From the NCBI GenBank assembly GCA_000388065.2, contig KB932216.1: 31,558 nt of DNA, one strand, 5' to 3'. Both the position numbers and the translations under genes were made by a program. The stretch's first letter is position 1. Each line of letters begins with the position of its first letter. Below the pieces are notes generated by a model. It saw only the letters and a list, made by a program, of their open reading frames with translations. It ran no database searches and had not been told where the DNA came from. This stretch comes from Fonticula alba ATCC 38817. Taxonomy: Eukaryota > Protista > Nucleariida. This document shows positions 14,421 to 25,502 of this stretch, one piece after another.

Positions 14421-17400
14421 ACATCTCCTGTGTCTGTGGATGTCCTTCGTGTCCGTGGATGTCTTCTGTGTCCGTGGATGTCTTCTGTGTCCGTGGATAT
14501 CTTTTGTGTCCGTGGATGTCCTTTGGGTCTGTGGATGTCCTTCGTGTCTGTGGATGTCCTTCGTGTCTGTGGATGGGTCTCGTGCATCTCCCTCGACCTC
14601 TCGTGCATCTTCCTCAACCCGTCCGCCTTGTTCTGATCTCCCTGCCTCGTCCCTCCCCCCTCGGTCCTCACCCCACACAACCATGCCCAACGCCAACTGC
14701 TCGCCCCCGTCCCCCCCCCGTCCCCCCCCCCACCCCTGCCCAGCCGTTCACCCCGGCCTGCCGATGGGAGCCGACGACCTGGTCCCCCGAATGGCCTACG
14801 TGCTCATCCACAGCGGCCTGACCCACGTGTACGCGGACTTGACCTTCATCGGCCAGCTGAATCGCATCGCCACACGCTTCGCCTCGGCCGTGGACCTGGT
14901 GTCCGATGGCCAGGTCCAGGCCCGGGCGCGCGAGCTCCTCCTCGGCCACAAGGTGGCCCAGCTGTTCGGACCCGGGCCGGAGGCCTTCGCCCAGGGCCCG
15001 GCCCTCGGGCCCGGGTCCCCCAGCCCGGGCGCCCACACCGGCGGCACGGCCCGGCGCTCGGCCAGCCAGTGGTCCATCAGCTCGATGGCCGGGTCGGCCG
15101 GCAGCCCGGCCGCCTTCCGCCGGTCGGTGTCCATCGAGCAGGGGGTCGGGGCGGCCGGTGGGCCTGCTGCCGGGGCTGGCGCCGGGGCCGATGGCCTTGC
15201 GCCGGGCTCGGGCTCGGGCCCGGCCCCGCCGCCGGCCTTCGGGGCCAATCTCCGGGACCGGGTGCACGCCCTGCGCGCCGAGGCCGCCACCCAGCTGGCC
15301 GAGGAGGACTACATGCTGAGCACCCTGCGCGTGGTGGTGAGCCTGGTGGAGTCGCTGGCGCAGCAGCCCTGCCTGCCGGGGCTGACGCACCAGTGCCCCT
15401 GTCGGATGGAGCATCCGACCACACGCATGGGCCTGCCGGCCGATGGCGGGCCTGCCCTGGGCAGCTCCGCCCCCGGGCCGGGCTCCTCTTCACATGCGGC
15501 CCACCGGCCGACCGAGGTGGCGGACCTCCACCTGATCGGGCAATTTGCCGGGTACTTTTCGTCGGACTCGCTGCCGGCCAGCGGCCCGGGGTCCGGGGAG
15601 TCGTCGCCCCCGCGGGCCGGGGCGCCGGGCCCGCACCCGCCGCCGGCCGCCGGGCCGGGCGCCTCCTCCTCGTCGCTGGGGTCCGGGTCCGGCGGGTCGC
15701 GCGGCCTGGGCGCCGGGGCCCCGGGGTCCGCCTCCTCGGCGGCCGCCGACACCGATCTCCTCTTCCAGTCCTTCCTCGGGGCGGTGGCCCGGAATGACCT
15801 GGCCGCCGTGGGGCGCCTGCTGCTGGACCCGCCGGCGCACCGGCTGCCGGCGGCCAAGCCCCCGGCGGGTGGCTGCTCGCCGGAGGCCCTGCCCGGTGCC
15901 GCCTCGCCGGAGGCCGTCCTGGTGGATTCCTGGCCGACGTCCGACTTCTCGGACATCTCCTCGGCCGATGGGTCGCCCCTCGGCGGGGAGGGGCTCTTCA
16001 CGGAGCTGCTGGAGGAGGGCGACGAGTCGGACGAGGCGGCCGGCCCGGCCGGCCCGCCGGCCGAGCGCCTGGCCGTCCCCCTGTCCCGCCATGCGCCGAT
16101 GCTGGTCAACCTCTTCGACGAGCGTGGCTACACCTCCCTGCAGCATGCCGCCTCGCGCGGCCACCGGGACATGGTGGAACTGCTGCTGTACTGCGGGTGC
16201 GCCTCCCCCCCCATGCGGGGCTGGCTTCCCCCTTGCCTCTCCTGCCTTTCCCCCTGCCCTGTCTCACCCCGCTCCTCTTGCTGGGCTTCTTGCTCGGTCG
16301 CCCTGTGCCGCCGGCGATCGTGCCCGGCCCTCCGCCCCCCGCCCCGCGCCCCGCGCCCCCCCCCTCTCTCTCTCCCCCGCCTCCTCCTCCTCCTCGTGGG
16401 GGTTCCACCGGCTCGACAGCGCCGCCATCAACTACCCCACCCTGCAGGGCATGACGCCATTGCACTTCGCCGCGCAGTATGGCCAATTGCCGGTGGTGTG
16501 TGCGCTCCTGCGCCGGGCGGCGCACGTGCGCCCAGCCACGCCGCAGCCCCTCGGCCCGGGGAAGCAACTCCACTGGGGCCCGCTGCCCGGGTCACTGGCG
16601 CAGGAGGTCCGCGCCGCCTTCGGCCTGCCCGGGCCCGGCCCGGGGGGGGCCCCCTCGCGCGGGCAGGCGGAGCTGTGGGTCGAGGCGCCGGCCGGGACGG
16701 CCATCGCCCCCGGGCCCGAGCCGGCCGGGTGCACGGTCATTCGGCCGGCCTCGGCCGTGCTGAATGTGGACGCGCGCGATGCCAGCGGCGCATCGGCCCT
16801 GCACCTGGCCGCGTCCAATGGCCATCCGGCCATCATCCGGGCCCTGTATGCGGCCCTGCTGCATGGGGTGGCCCTGGCCGAGGGGGACCCGGCCCTGGCG
16901 GCGGCCGGCGACCTGGCCGGCCGGCTGTCTCAGCACCCGTCCACCGACCGGGCGGTCATCCGGGCGGCCATGCAGGCGGCCATGTGCTGCGGCGTGCCGG
17001 CCGAGCTGCACCCCGGCTATGACGCCTGCACCCCGAGCCCTGGTGACTGTGCGGCCGTGCCGCGCAACCTCCGCGGCGACACACCCCTGCACATGGCCGT
17101 CCGGTGGTCCTCGCCGCTGACCGTGGCCGAGGTCCTGCGGCCCTTCAATTGCATGTCCCGCTGCGCCGTGGAGCTGGGCATTGCTCAGGCCCCGGGCCCG
17201 GCCGGGCTGGCCGGCCCGGGGGCCGCCCCGCAGCTGGGCTTCGGCGGTGTGCTGGCCGCCACCCGCGGCACTCTCGACACCCCGATGCACATCGCCCCGG
17301 ACTTCCCGGTGGCGTTGGTGCTGCTGGTGGGCGGCGCGTCGACCCTGTGCGTCCCTTTCCCCCGTGCTCCTCGCCCTTTCTTTTTTTTCCCCCGTCTGCC

Positions 17401-18587
17401 GGTTTTCCGTCTGCTCTGGCGATGTCGGTTTGCCGGTCTCGGTCTGCCGATCTCAGTCCGCCGATTTTTATCGGCCCATTCCCCCCTGCTCATCTCCCTC
17501 TGCCCATTCCCCTCTACCCATTCCCCTCTGCTCATCCATCTCTTCTCACCTCCCTCTGCTCATCCATCTCTTCTTACCTCCCTCTTCTCTCCCCCCTCTC
17601 CTCTCCCCCCTCTCCTCGCCCCCCTCTCCTCTCCCCCCTCTCCTCGCCTCCCTCTCCTCGCCTCCCGCTGCACCCTTTTCCCATCGCACACGCATGGACA
17701 CCCTCCGCTCCGCCCTGCCCGCCGCGACAAAGCTCCAAAAACCGCATCGGCTACACGCCGCTCCACTCGGCGGCCCGGGCCGCCCGGCATGGCGTCGTCG
17801 AGCTCCTCGGCAGCCCAGCCCGCATTGTCACCTTTGTCGAGGGCCTGTCCGTGTCCCTAGGGGACATCGGGCGCCCGGTGCGCCTGGCCGCCGCCCGAGC
17901 CGATGTCCCCCTGGAGCAGCTGGTCGACCTGAGCCAAGCGCCGAAGCTTCTCCGGCCGCCCACCCGCGCCGAGGACATCTCCTCCCTGCCGGTGCCCCCC
18001 TGCCAGGCGGGCTGCCTGCTGACGCCGCTGACGCTGCAGCTGCTCCACGAGCCGGACTTCTCCGGCATGACGGCCCTGCACCTGGGGGTCCTCAAGAAGG
18101 AGCCGGCCATGGTGAGCTTCCTGCTGACGGTCGACCGGACGCTGATCGCCCAGTCCGGGACCGATGTGCCGCCGCTGCACTCGCGTCGGACCTTCCAGGA
18201 GGAGGACACCCCGTTGCACCTGGCCGCGGCCCTGTCCTCTCTCCAGCTTGTGGAGATCCTGGTGCGCCGCCCCCCTCCCCCCCCCTTCCCTCCTTTGTTT
18301 GTTTGTTTCCCCTTCTCCCTTTTGCCATGCCCCTGCCGCTGGCGGGAGCACTGCCGGCACCATTCCCGGCGTCTCGGCCCCCTTGCTTCTTCTTTTTTTC
18401 CCCCCCCTCCCTCCCTTCTTCTCCCCGTGCCCCGTCACCCGGTTGCCTGACCCGGCCTTCGTCGCCCTCGTCCCAGCTCCGCGCCGAGGCCAGCCCGCGG
18501 ATCTACAACCGCCAGCGCCTTCTGCCCATGGACATGTCCCGGTCGACGGACCTGCAGAATCGCCTCTCGGTGCCGCGGACCTTCTAG
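11037..18587 (+). CDS. ANKRD27: VPS9-domain and ankyrin-repeat protein (VARP), ~2011 aa
   Basis: Exons 11037-11397, 11527-11652, 11776-14304, 14744-16196, 16420-17346, 17733-18261 and 18477-18587 (6036 nt, phases consistent). VARP N-terminal motifs DEDITENAFL, YRTLNGRVV and VRILFDESFY. VPS9 motifs SPSDKMFVI, MGADDLVPRMAYVLI and EEDYMLSTL. Multiple ankyrin TPLH repeats, including GDTPLHMAVRW. Confidence 0.88.
14353..14581. repeat. (TG)n microsatellite followed by a 19-bp minisatellite GTGTCYGTGGATGTCYTYY x~8 in VARP intron 3
   Basis: Units from 14430 at 19-nt spacing, with no unique spacers. Confidence 0.9.
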
Positions 18588-18819
18588 ACACCGCACGCGT
18601 CGAGCCCCCCTGTTCACCAACACACGCGCACATCCTTGAGCACATCCTTGAGCACGTCCCTGAGCACACGCGTGCGCCTACATACACACATGCGTAAGTC
18701 CATGGGGCCGCGGCAGCAGGGAGGGCGGGGGGGGGGGGGGGGCACTCATGTGTGGAGGGTTTTTTCTTCTATTCGGCCCAGGCCAGGGGGCAAGATCAGG
18801 CAGGCTTGGCGAGCGTGTG

Positions 18820-19290
18820 CTACTTGAGCGCGGGTGCGGGCGTCGAGGCCGGCGCCGACGCGGCGCCCGGCACCTCGGCTAATGGCTCATTTTTCAGCTG
18901 GCTCACCACCCAGTCCAGCCCCTCGGTGGTCCCTTCGCCGGAGATGGCGCTGCAGGGCTACAGGGCGCGGGTGATTGTCGCCGAGGCACAGGGGGAGTTC
19001 AACAGGCAGCACAAAGGCCGGTCAGTCCGGGGGCATGGGCCGGCACGAGGGTGATGCAAAAGACAGGCGAGCAGCTCGCAAAGGCGCACGCACCGCAATG
19101 TGCCAGGGGGTGGTGACGTCGAGCTCCGGCAGCCCCAGGGCGTCGGAGATCTCGGCCGTCGTCAGAGCCTCGTCCAGGTCCTGCTTGTTGGCCAGCACCA
19201 GCAGCGGGATCCGGGCAAGGTGCTGGACTCGGCGTGGCGCGCACGGGGGAGGCCGGATGTCAGCGGCCCTCGGCGGGCGAGCGGGACGCG

Positions 19291-19332
<42 letters not shown>

Positions 19333-20124
19333 AGGACGATCAAGGAGGGTGGAATGCCTCGCCTCCCCCCCGGCCCGGCAGGTGCCGGCATCGCCGGAGC
19401 CCATGTCGGCCGCGACGCACCTCATGCGAAAGCATCCTGTGGAGCTCCCGCCGGACGATCGGGAACCGCGCGACATCGGTGCTGTCTACCACCATGATGA
19501 CGGCCTGCAGGGGGGGGGGGGGGGAGAGAGAGAGAGAGAGAGAGGCGCAGGCGGCCGGACGGGCGAAGGGGGAGTAAGCAACGGCGCCGTGCGGCCGGCA
19601 AGCGGGTGTGTGCGTGTGTGCGTGTGTGCGTGTGTGCGTGTGTGTGTGTGTGTGTGTCAGCCGCCAAGACCGGCCGGCCGGGAGCCGAGGCCGGCGCGGG
19701 CCCCGCCCGATCGGACCTTCGAGTTGATGTAGTACGTGGACCAGGAGCTCCGGAGGTTGTCCTGGCCGCCGATGTCCCACATGAGAAACTTGATGTTTTT
19801 GTAGTTAAACTCCTCGACATTCGAGCCGATGGTCGGTGTCGTGGCCACCACCTGGCCAAGCAGCCTGGCGCGGCGCAGGGAGATTAGCACCCGGGAGGCG
19901 CGCGCGAGAGAAAGAGCGAGCAAGAGGGGGAATAAAAAAAAGGGAGAGGTGCGGAAGGAGAAGCGGGCCCCGGCCGGGGGGAGGCCCGGCGCGATCTAGT
20001 GCGCCACGCACAGGCGGTACAGGAAGGTGGTTTTCCCCGCGTTGTCCAAGCCGACGATCACCAGCTTGACCTCCTCCGGCACGCCGAGGAAGTACCAGAC
20101 CAGCTTGGAGAAGACGAACCCCAT
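18820..20124 (-). CDS. ARL5: ADP-ribosylation factor-like GTPase 5
   Basis: Exons 20124-20012, 19864-19717, 19504-19421, 19222-19094 and 18957-18820 give 203 aa. MG start (myristoylation), [42 protein letters not shown] and CSAISGEG. The MWDIGGQ..LRSSW string is ARL5-typical. Confidence 0.92.
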
Positions 20125-20169
20125 GGCGGCCACGCGTGCGGGGCGAAGGGGGGGGGGGGGGGGGGGGGG

Positions 20170-20179
20170 NNNNNNNNNN
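20170..20179. other. Assembly gap (10 N)
   Basis: Run of N between poly-G and poly-C. Confidence 1.
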
Positions 20180-20208
20180 CCCCCCCCCCCACACACACTC
20201 ACACACAG

Positions 20209-20546
20209 ACAACGTGCCCCATGGGGGTGGCCCCGCGCCCGGGCTGGCCATGGGCGCCTCTCGGAAACCTGCCACCGGTGGCGCCCCCGGCGGCTGGGAC
20301 AACAAGGACCTCGCGGGCTTGGAGAACTTCCTCGAGAGCGGCGGCACCGGCGGGTCGGACCCCTTCTCCGGCCCCGTGCCAGCCGGTGCCTTTGGAAGCA
20401 GTGGCGTGTCGCCGGCGCCGGACATCTGGGCCGCGGCCCTTTCGGCCCCGGCGGCCACGCCCTCTCCGGCTCCCGCTGGCGGCGCCATGAGGCTGCAGTC
20501 CCGGCCGGCCGCCAACAACCAGCCGAATCTCATGGACCTCCTCTGA
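20209..20546 (+). CDS. Orphan terminal exon (..GGWDNKDLAGLENFLES..NNQPNLMDLL*), probably the SCYL1 C-terminus
   Basis: CACAG acceptor at 20207-20208, phase 1, coding-like codon usage, TGA at 20544-20546. No upstream exon lies on this contig. Confidence 0.65.
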
Positions 20547-23500
20547 TGTGTGCCGGGCCCACAAGCGGACGCCGGCCGGGCGAATGGCAGCCACAGGCCC
20601 CTCACGCCCGGCGCTTGTCCCTCCCCCCTCCCCCCCCCCTCCATGGGGCCTGCAATACATCCACCCCCTCCTAATACACATTGACATCGGCCCCTCCCCT
20701 GTCCAACCCGCCTCCCACTCGGTCTCTCTATGCTGTTGACTCCGCCTCGTGCCTGCCGGCTGCCTCCCGGCGCCTTTCCTGCGCTGACCAACCATCCCCA
20801 GCCTGATCACCGGATCCGGGGGGGCTCCGGGGCCGTCAGGCGCCCGGCGGCGAGCCCGGACATGGTGTCAGGCCGTCCCGAGCCCAGGCAAAGAGGCGCC
20901 CCCGGGCGAAGGCCGGATGGCGCACCCATTCGCACAAATGTGGATGCAAAATGCGCACACATACACACATTTGTCCAAGGATGCCACACGGCAAGCCGGC
21001 ACCCGGGAAAGGCATGCCAGGGCAGGCCCGGCACATGCGCGTGCGCATGCGGGGGGGGCGGAAGGCCGAGCAGCACGCCCGAACCCTCCTCCGCCCAACG
21101 CAAGGGCACACATGGACAATGTCACCATCGGCGTGGACATGCCCCTGCGCAAGCCAGCAGAGGGTCCATCCAGGGGGGAGTGGAGGCCACCGGCCAGCCC
21201 GGCCGCCGGGGCTGTCCTCCCGCGGCCTCCGGGTGTCCCGGCCGCACCACGGACAAGGAAGGAAGAGAGGCCGGATGGGGCGCGAACAGGGCCCGCCTCC
21301 ACACACAGCAGCGGCAGGTGCCCGTTCAGCCGACGGGCGCTGCCGGCGCGTGGAGGGACAGGCGGCGACCGACACGTCCCACTGCCATCCAGCCAGTCAA
21401 ACAAAGGCGACGCCCTCGGCCCCTCCGGTCGCCAACGCTACTGCACCCGGTGCGTCCCGGATGGACGGGCGTCCGAAGGGGGGCCGAACAAGGGCCCCAA
21501 GAGTGCATGTGTGCGTACGGCAAATCCCCGGACCAGGCACCGGATGCGGGTCTTGAAAGGACTCCCGGCACGGTTTGCGACAGGATCGCCAACGACGGCC
21601 CTCTCGGAGACCCCCGGTCGGCGTGGCGATCACCGCCGGGATACACCGGGCGGCCGGCCGGGCGACCGCGCGGCCCCTTCAACAAGACCACTTGCATGAT
21701 GTGCCTGAGCCGCGCGCCTGGGATCGGAAGCCCCGCACCCGGGCCCCCGGGGGCTGGATGTCCCTTCGCACAGGCGGCGGCGGCGGCGGCGGCAGGACAT
21801 CCTGGCGGCAGGTGCCTGGTGGGCACGTGCGAGCACGCAGCATGGCCAGAGGCCCGGGCGAGCGATCCCGACACGCGGCCCGGGCCAGGCCCACGGCGGC
21901 GGCGGCGGCGGCGGCGGCGGCAGCGGCGGCAACACAACGGCCAGCCCCCCCTGGGCCCGGCTGCCATGCGAGGCGCCCCACACGCCGGGGGCCACCGCGC
22001 GAGGGGCCGCCGACCTAGCCGGCCGGTGTGGGGCCCGGGCGAGCACCAGTGGCAGGGAGGCGCCGCGGCGCCTGGAACCACCGACAGCCGCTCTCGGAAG
22101 CAGGTGTGGCACGAAGCAACCTGCGAGGGGAGAATGACAGACACCATGGCCCCCGGGAGGCGGGGGGGAGAAGACAATGCGGCCGGGCGGCCTGCCCCAG
22201 GGCTGCGGCCCAAGAGGAGGCCGATGGCTCTCCCCTCCACAGGGTTGTCGATCTAGGGCATCCATGGGCAGGGCATCGGGGGGGCACACCCGAACTAGCC
22301 GGCACATGTACCCCACAGTTGCGGTGGGCGCCCCCCCCCCCCCCCCCGTGTGCCTTTCAAAAAAAAAATCCACCAAGCCCCTCTCACACCGAGCCCTGTC
22401 CCGGGCGCGGGCCCGAGCGGCAGGCCGCCGGCCCATCCCCTCTTCCCAAGTGCAGATGGCCCGGGGGCCGGAGGGGGCCCGGCCGGGAAAACGCCTGACG
22501 AACGCGCCCGCTCGGTTAATGTCCAGGTTAACACCGCGGGCACATGTGCGCTCACGTGCTCCCGCGCATCCCCGTGCGCGCAACACCCAAACTGACACCA
22601 TCCGCCCCCGCCGTCTGCCCCCGCGCCGGCATTGCCCTGGCCCCAGGGGGGGGGGGGGGGCGGCCCGGAGCAAATGCGCGGTGCCATCACATACAACGGA
22701 CGCGCGGACGCACGCACACGCCCCCGCACAGCCATCTCTCAATTGAGACACACAGCCACATATATAAAAACACACACGCATGCTTGGACGTACATTTAAA
22801 GTCCCCTATTAATGCGGCCCGAGCATGGGCCGGGAGATCCGGCCCTGGCCAGGGCGCTGGGCCATTGCCGGGGCCCTGCACGGCCCCGGCCCATGACGCG
22901 GCCGGCCGATCACGGCCCCTTCAGGGTCCGGCCGGCGGGGGCGATCATCCGGCTGCAGCGCGCCTCAGGGGCCCCCAAGGCCCGGGGTGCCTCTCTTGGC
23001 ATGCCGGGCATAAAAAAAAAAGTGACTGCCGCGGGGGGCACCGGGGACAGGCCGTCGCGTGCGGGGCCAACAATCAGCCGGCCCGGGGCCCATCTGGCTA
23101 GCCCACAATGCAGGCGCCGATCCGCGCCCGGCCCTGGGTCCAGGGCGGCCGGAAAGCCGAGCCCCCCCCCCCCCTCCCCCCCGGAGCGGGGCCCGGCCGG
23201 CCGGTCTCCCGATGTGCGCTTGTGTGTGCGTGTGCATGCGTGCGCGTATGGAGGAGCGCCAGGCCGGGGCCTCGACGGCCCGGGCCGCGCCCGCCAGGTG
23301 CTCCGCTTGGCTCGCTGCGTGGCTGGCCGCCGCGATCGCCACCCATCCCCCACCCCCTGCGGGCGGGGTCCCCGTTCTCCGGTGGCAGTGGCGGCCGGCG
23401 CGGCTACGGTGCTCACACGCACACGCGCACACACACACACACATGGGTGGATACCAGGGCCCCATGCTGGCCCTACTACCCCGGTGGACGACAGCGGCCG

Positions 23501-25038
23501 CGTAGCTGGGCAGGGCGCCGGGGAGTGAGGGGGCGCCGGGGGGAGGACATTGCCGCCGGCCCGAAGCGGACGCCGCATCACCGCACCAGCGGGTGGTCGA
23601 GCGGGCCCACCCGCCGAGGAAGGGCTCCCCCGCCTGCCCGTCGCCGTCGCCGCCGGGCACGGCGGGCCCAGCCACGTCCATGGCCATGCGCTCAGGCGGG
23701 GCTGGTCGGGAGGCCGGCCTCCTTGAGGCCGGCGCAGGCGCGAGAAAGAGCCAGCGGGGAGCCGGCAAGGTCGATGGGCCGCCCGGCCGGCACAGGGCAA
23801 TTCTGCCCGACATGGGTCGTGTGCGCGACAGAGCGCCGGCTGTCTCCGGGGCTGAGCTCCCATGCACCGCAGTGCCCGGTGCCGTATGGCCGGAGTGTCA
23901 CCCGCGCGCCATCATCGCATGGCGGTGGTGGTAGTGGTGGATGGGGGTGGGCGGGTAAATATTTGCCCGCCGGCTGGAGCGGGGCCCGGCCGCTGGCGCG
24001 CCGGCGTGCGTGTCCACGGGGCCGCTCTGCCGTCCTGAGTGCGGCTCCCGCCGCCGGCGGCAGTGCCGGGCCGGCCGGCGCGGGCCCCGCCCCACTTTAA
24101 TTGGCCGGGGCTCGGCCGCCGGGCCCGCCCGCTCGGCACCCCGTGCAGGCCGATGTCCCGGCCCCGGGTCTGGCCGGACCCAATGCCCGAGTGGCCGAAG
24201 GCTGGCGCTCCACCTGCACGCTGCCATGCCTGCAAATGGCCGGAGGGGATGACGACGCGAGCGCCCGTTGTGGGCGCACCCGCTGGGCCGGGCGCACCAC
24301 GGTCGAGATTAATTTGTCTGTCACCGGCTGCGGCGGGGGGGGGGGGGGGGGGGGGTGGCACCGGGAGCAGGCGGCCGCGCTCGCCTCGCCGGTCGGCCTT
24401 GCCCCGGGCCCGGGCCCGGGCCCGGGGGCCGCAGGGTAAGCAGGGCGCCGCAGCCAGACGCCGGTGCCCGGCGGCGGGGTTTGGCCCCTTGCGCCCCCCT
24501 CCCCCCCTCCCGGCAGCCGGCCGAGTGACAGTTCAAGCGCGAGGGCCGGCCGGTGAAACCCCTGCGGCTGCCGGGGCCCCAGCGCGCAGAGGCCTGTCCC
24601 TCAGGCATGGGCATGTGTGTGCGTGCGTGCGTGCGCGCGCGCGCGCGTGCATTCCGGTCGACAGCTGGGCGGCTGAGTGCCGATGTACGCGCGAGGTGAC
24701 ACCCGGCTCGGCGTACGCGCACCTTGCCGGGCCGGCTGAACGATGGCAGGTACCGGACGACCCATCGAGGGGCCAGCCCAGGGCGGTCCCCTGAAAACGC
24801 CCTCGCTCGATGTGCGCATGCCCGCGCAGCGGTTCCGGCAGAACTCTCCACCGGCGGCCATCCCGCCTCCTTCCCCTCCCCCTCTCCTCCGCGCCTCTGC
24901 TCCTGCTCGCCCTTCCTGCACCGTGACACGCTTCTCCTGCGCGCTGCGCCTCGCTCGCCCTGCCCTGCAGTGACCGGTTCCTTGCCGTCACCAGCGTCCC
25001 GCCGCTGCCTCGCCGCCGCTCAGCAGCTTGGAAGCTTG

Positions 25039-25476
25039 TACGTGCGTTCGCCCATCGTGCCGGGCCAGCTCGCGGCCGTCGCGTGCGGGAGCACACACGC
25101 ACGCACGCACGCACACACACACACACACACGCACACACACACACACAAGCACACACATACACGCACACGCACACACATACACGCACACACATACACGCAC
25201 ACACACACACGCACACGCACACACATACACGCACGCACACGCACGCACACGCACGCACACGCACGCACACGCACGCACACGCACGCACACGCACGCACAC
25301 GCACCCACACGCACCCACACGCACACACAAGCACACACAAGCACACACGCGTTCGAGGCCCGCCCATGCGCTGACATGTGCTTCCATGGACAGACCACCC
25401 GCCGGCTCTCCGCCCCCGCGCCCCCACCCCCCCCTCCCCGGCCCTCGGACCCGCACGCGCCCGGCCTGCTTGACAG
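25039..25476 (+). other. Probable 5'-UTR intron of the sulfotransferase gene, filled with CA/GCACGCACAC repeats
   Basis: Donor GTACGT at 25039, CTGAC near 25371, TGACAG acceptor 26 nt before the ATG. Repeat content matches confirmed introns. Confidence 0.55.
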
Positions 25477-25502
25477 CCGGAGCTCCCTTCAGCCCAGCAA
25501 CC

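Noticed and set aside
14430-14581. CRISPR-like regular repeats
   Set aside because: Head-to-tail 19-bp units with no unique spacers, located in a eukaryotic intron, with no cas genes.
17731-17732. AAG acceptor in VARP intron 5 as non-canonical splicing
   Set aside because: AAG is a minor but ordinary U2-type acceptor, and this is a single instance.
21326-22240. Minus-strand ORF with two CxxC pairs (CHTC..CHWC) as a zinc finger
   Set aside because: The rest is low-complexity, the opposite strand is equally open, and the frame is not tied to a start or an upstream exon. Insufficient support.
22761-22770. TATATAAAAA as a TATA box
   Set aside because: No plus-strand gene follows, and it lies in a CA/TA-repeat tract that looks like a minus-strand intron.
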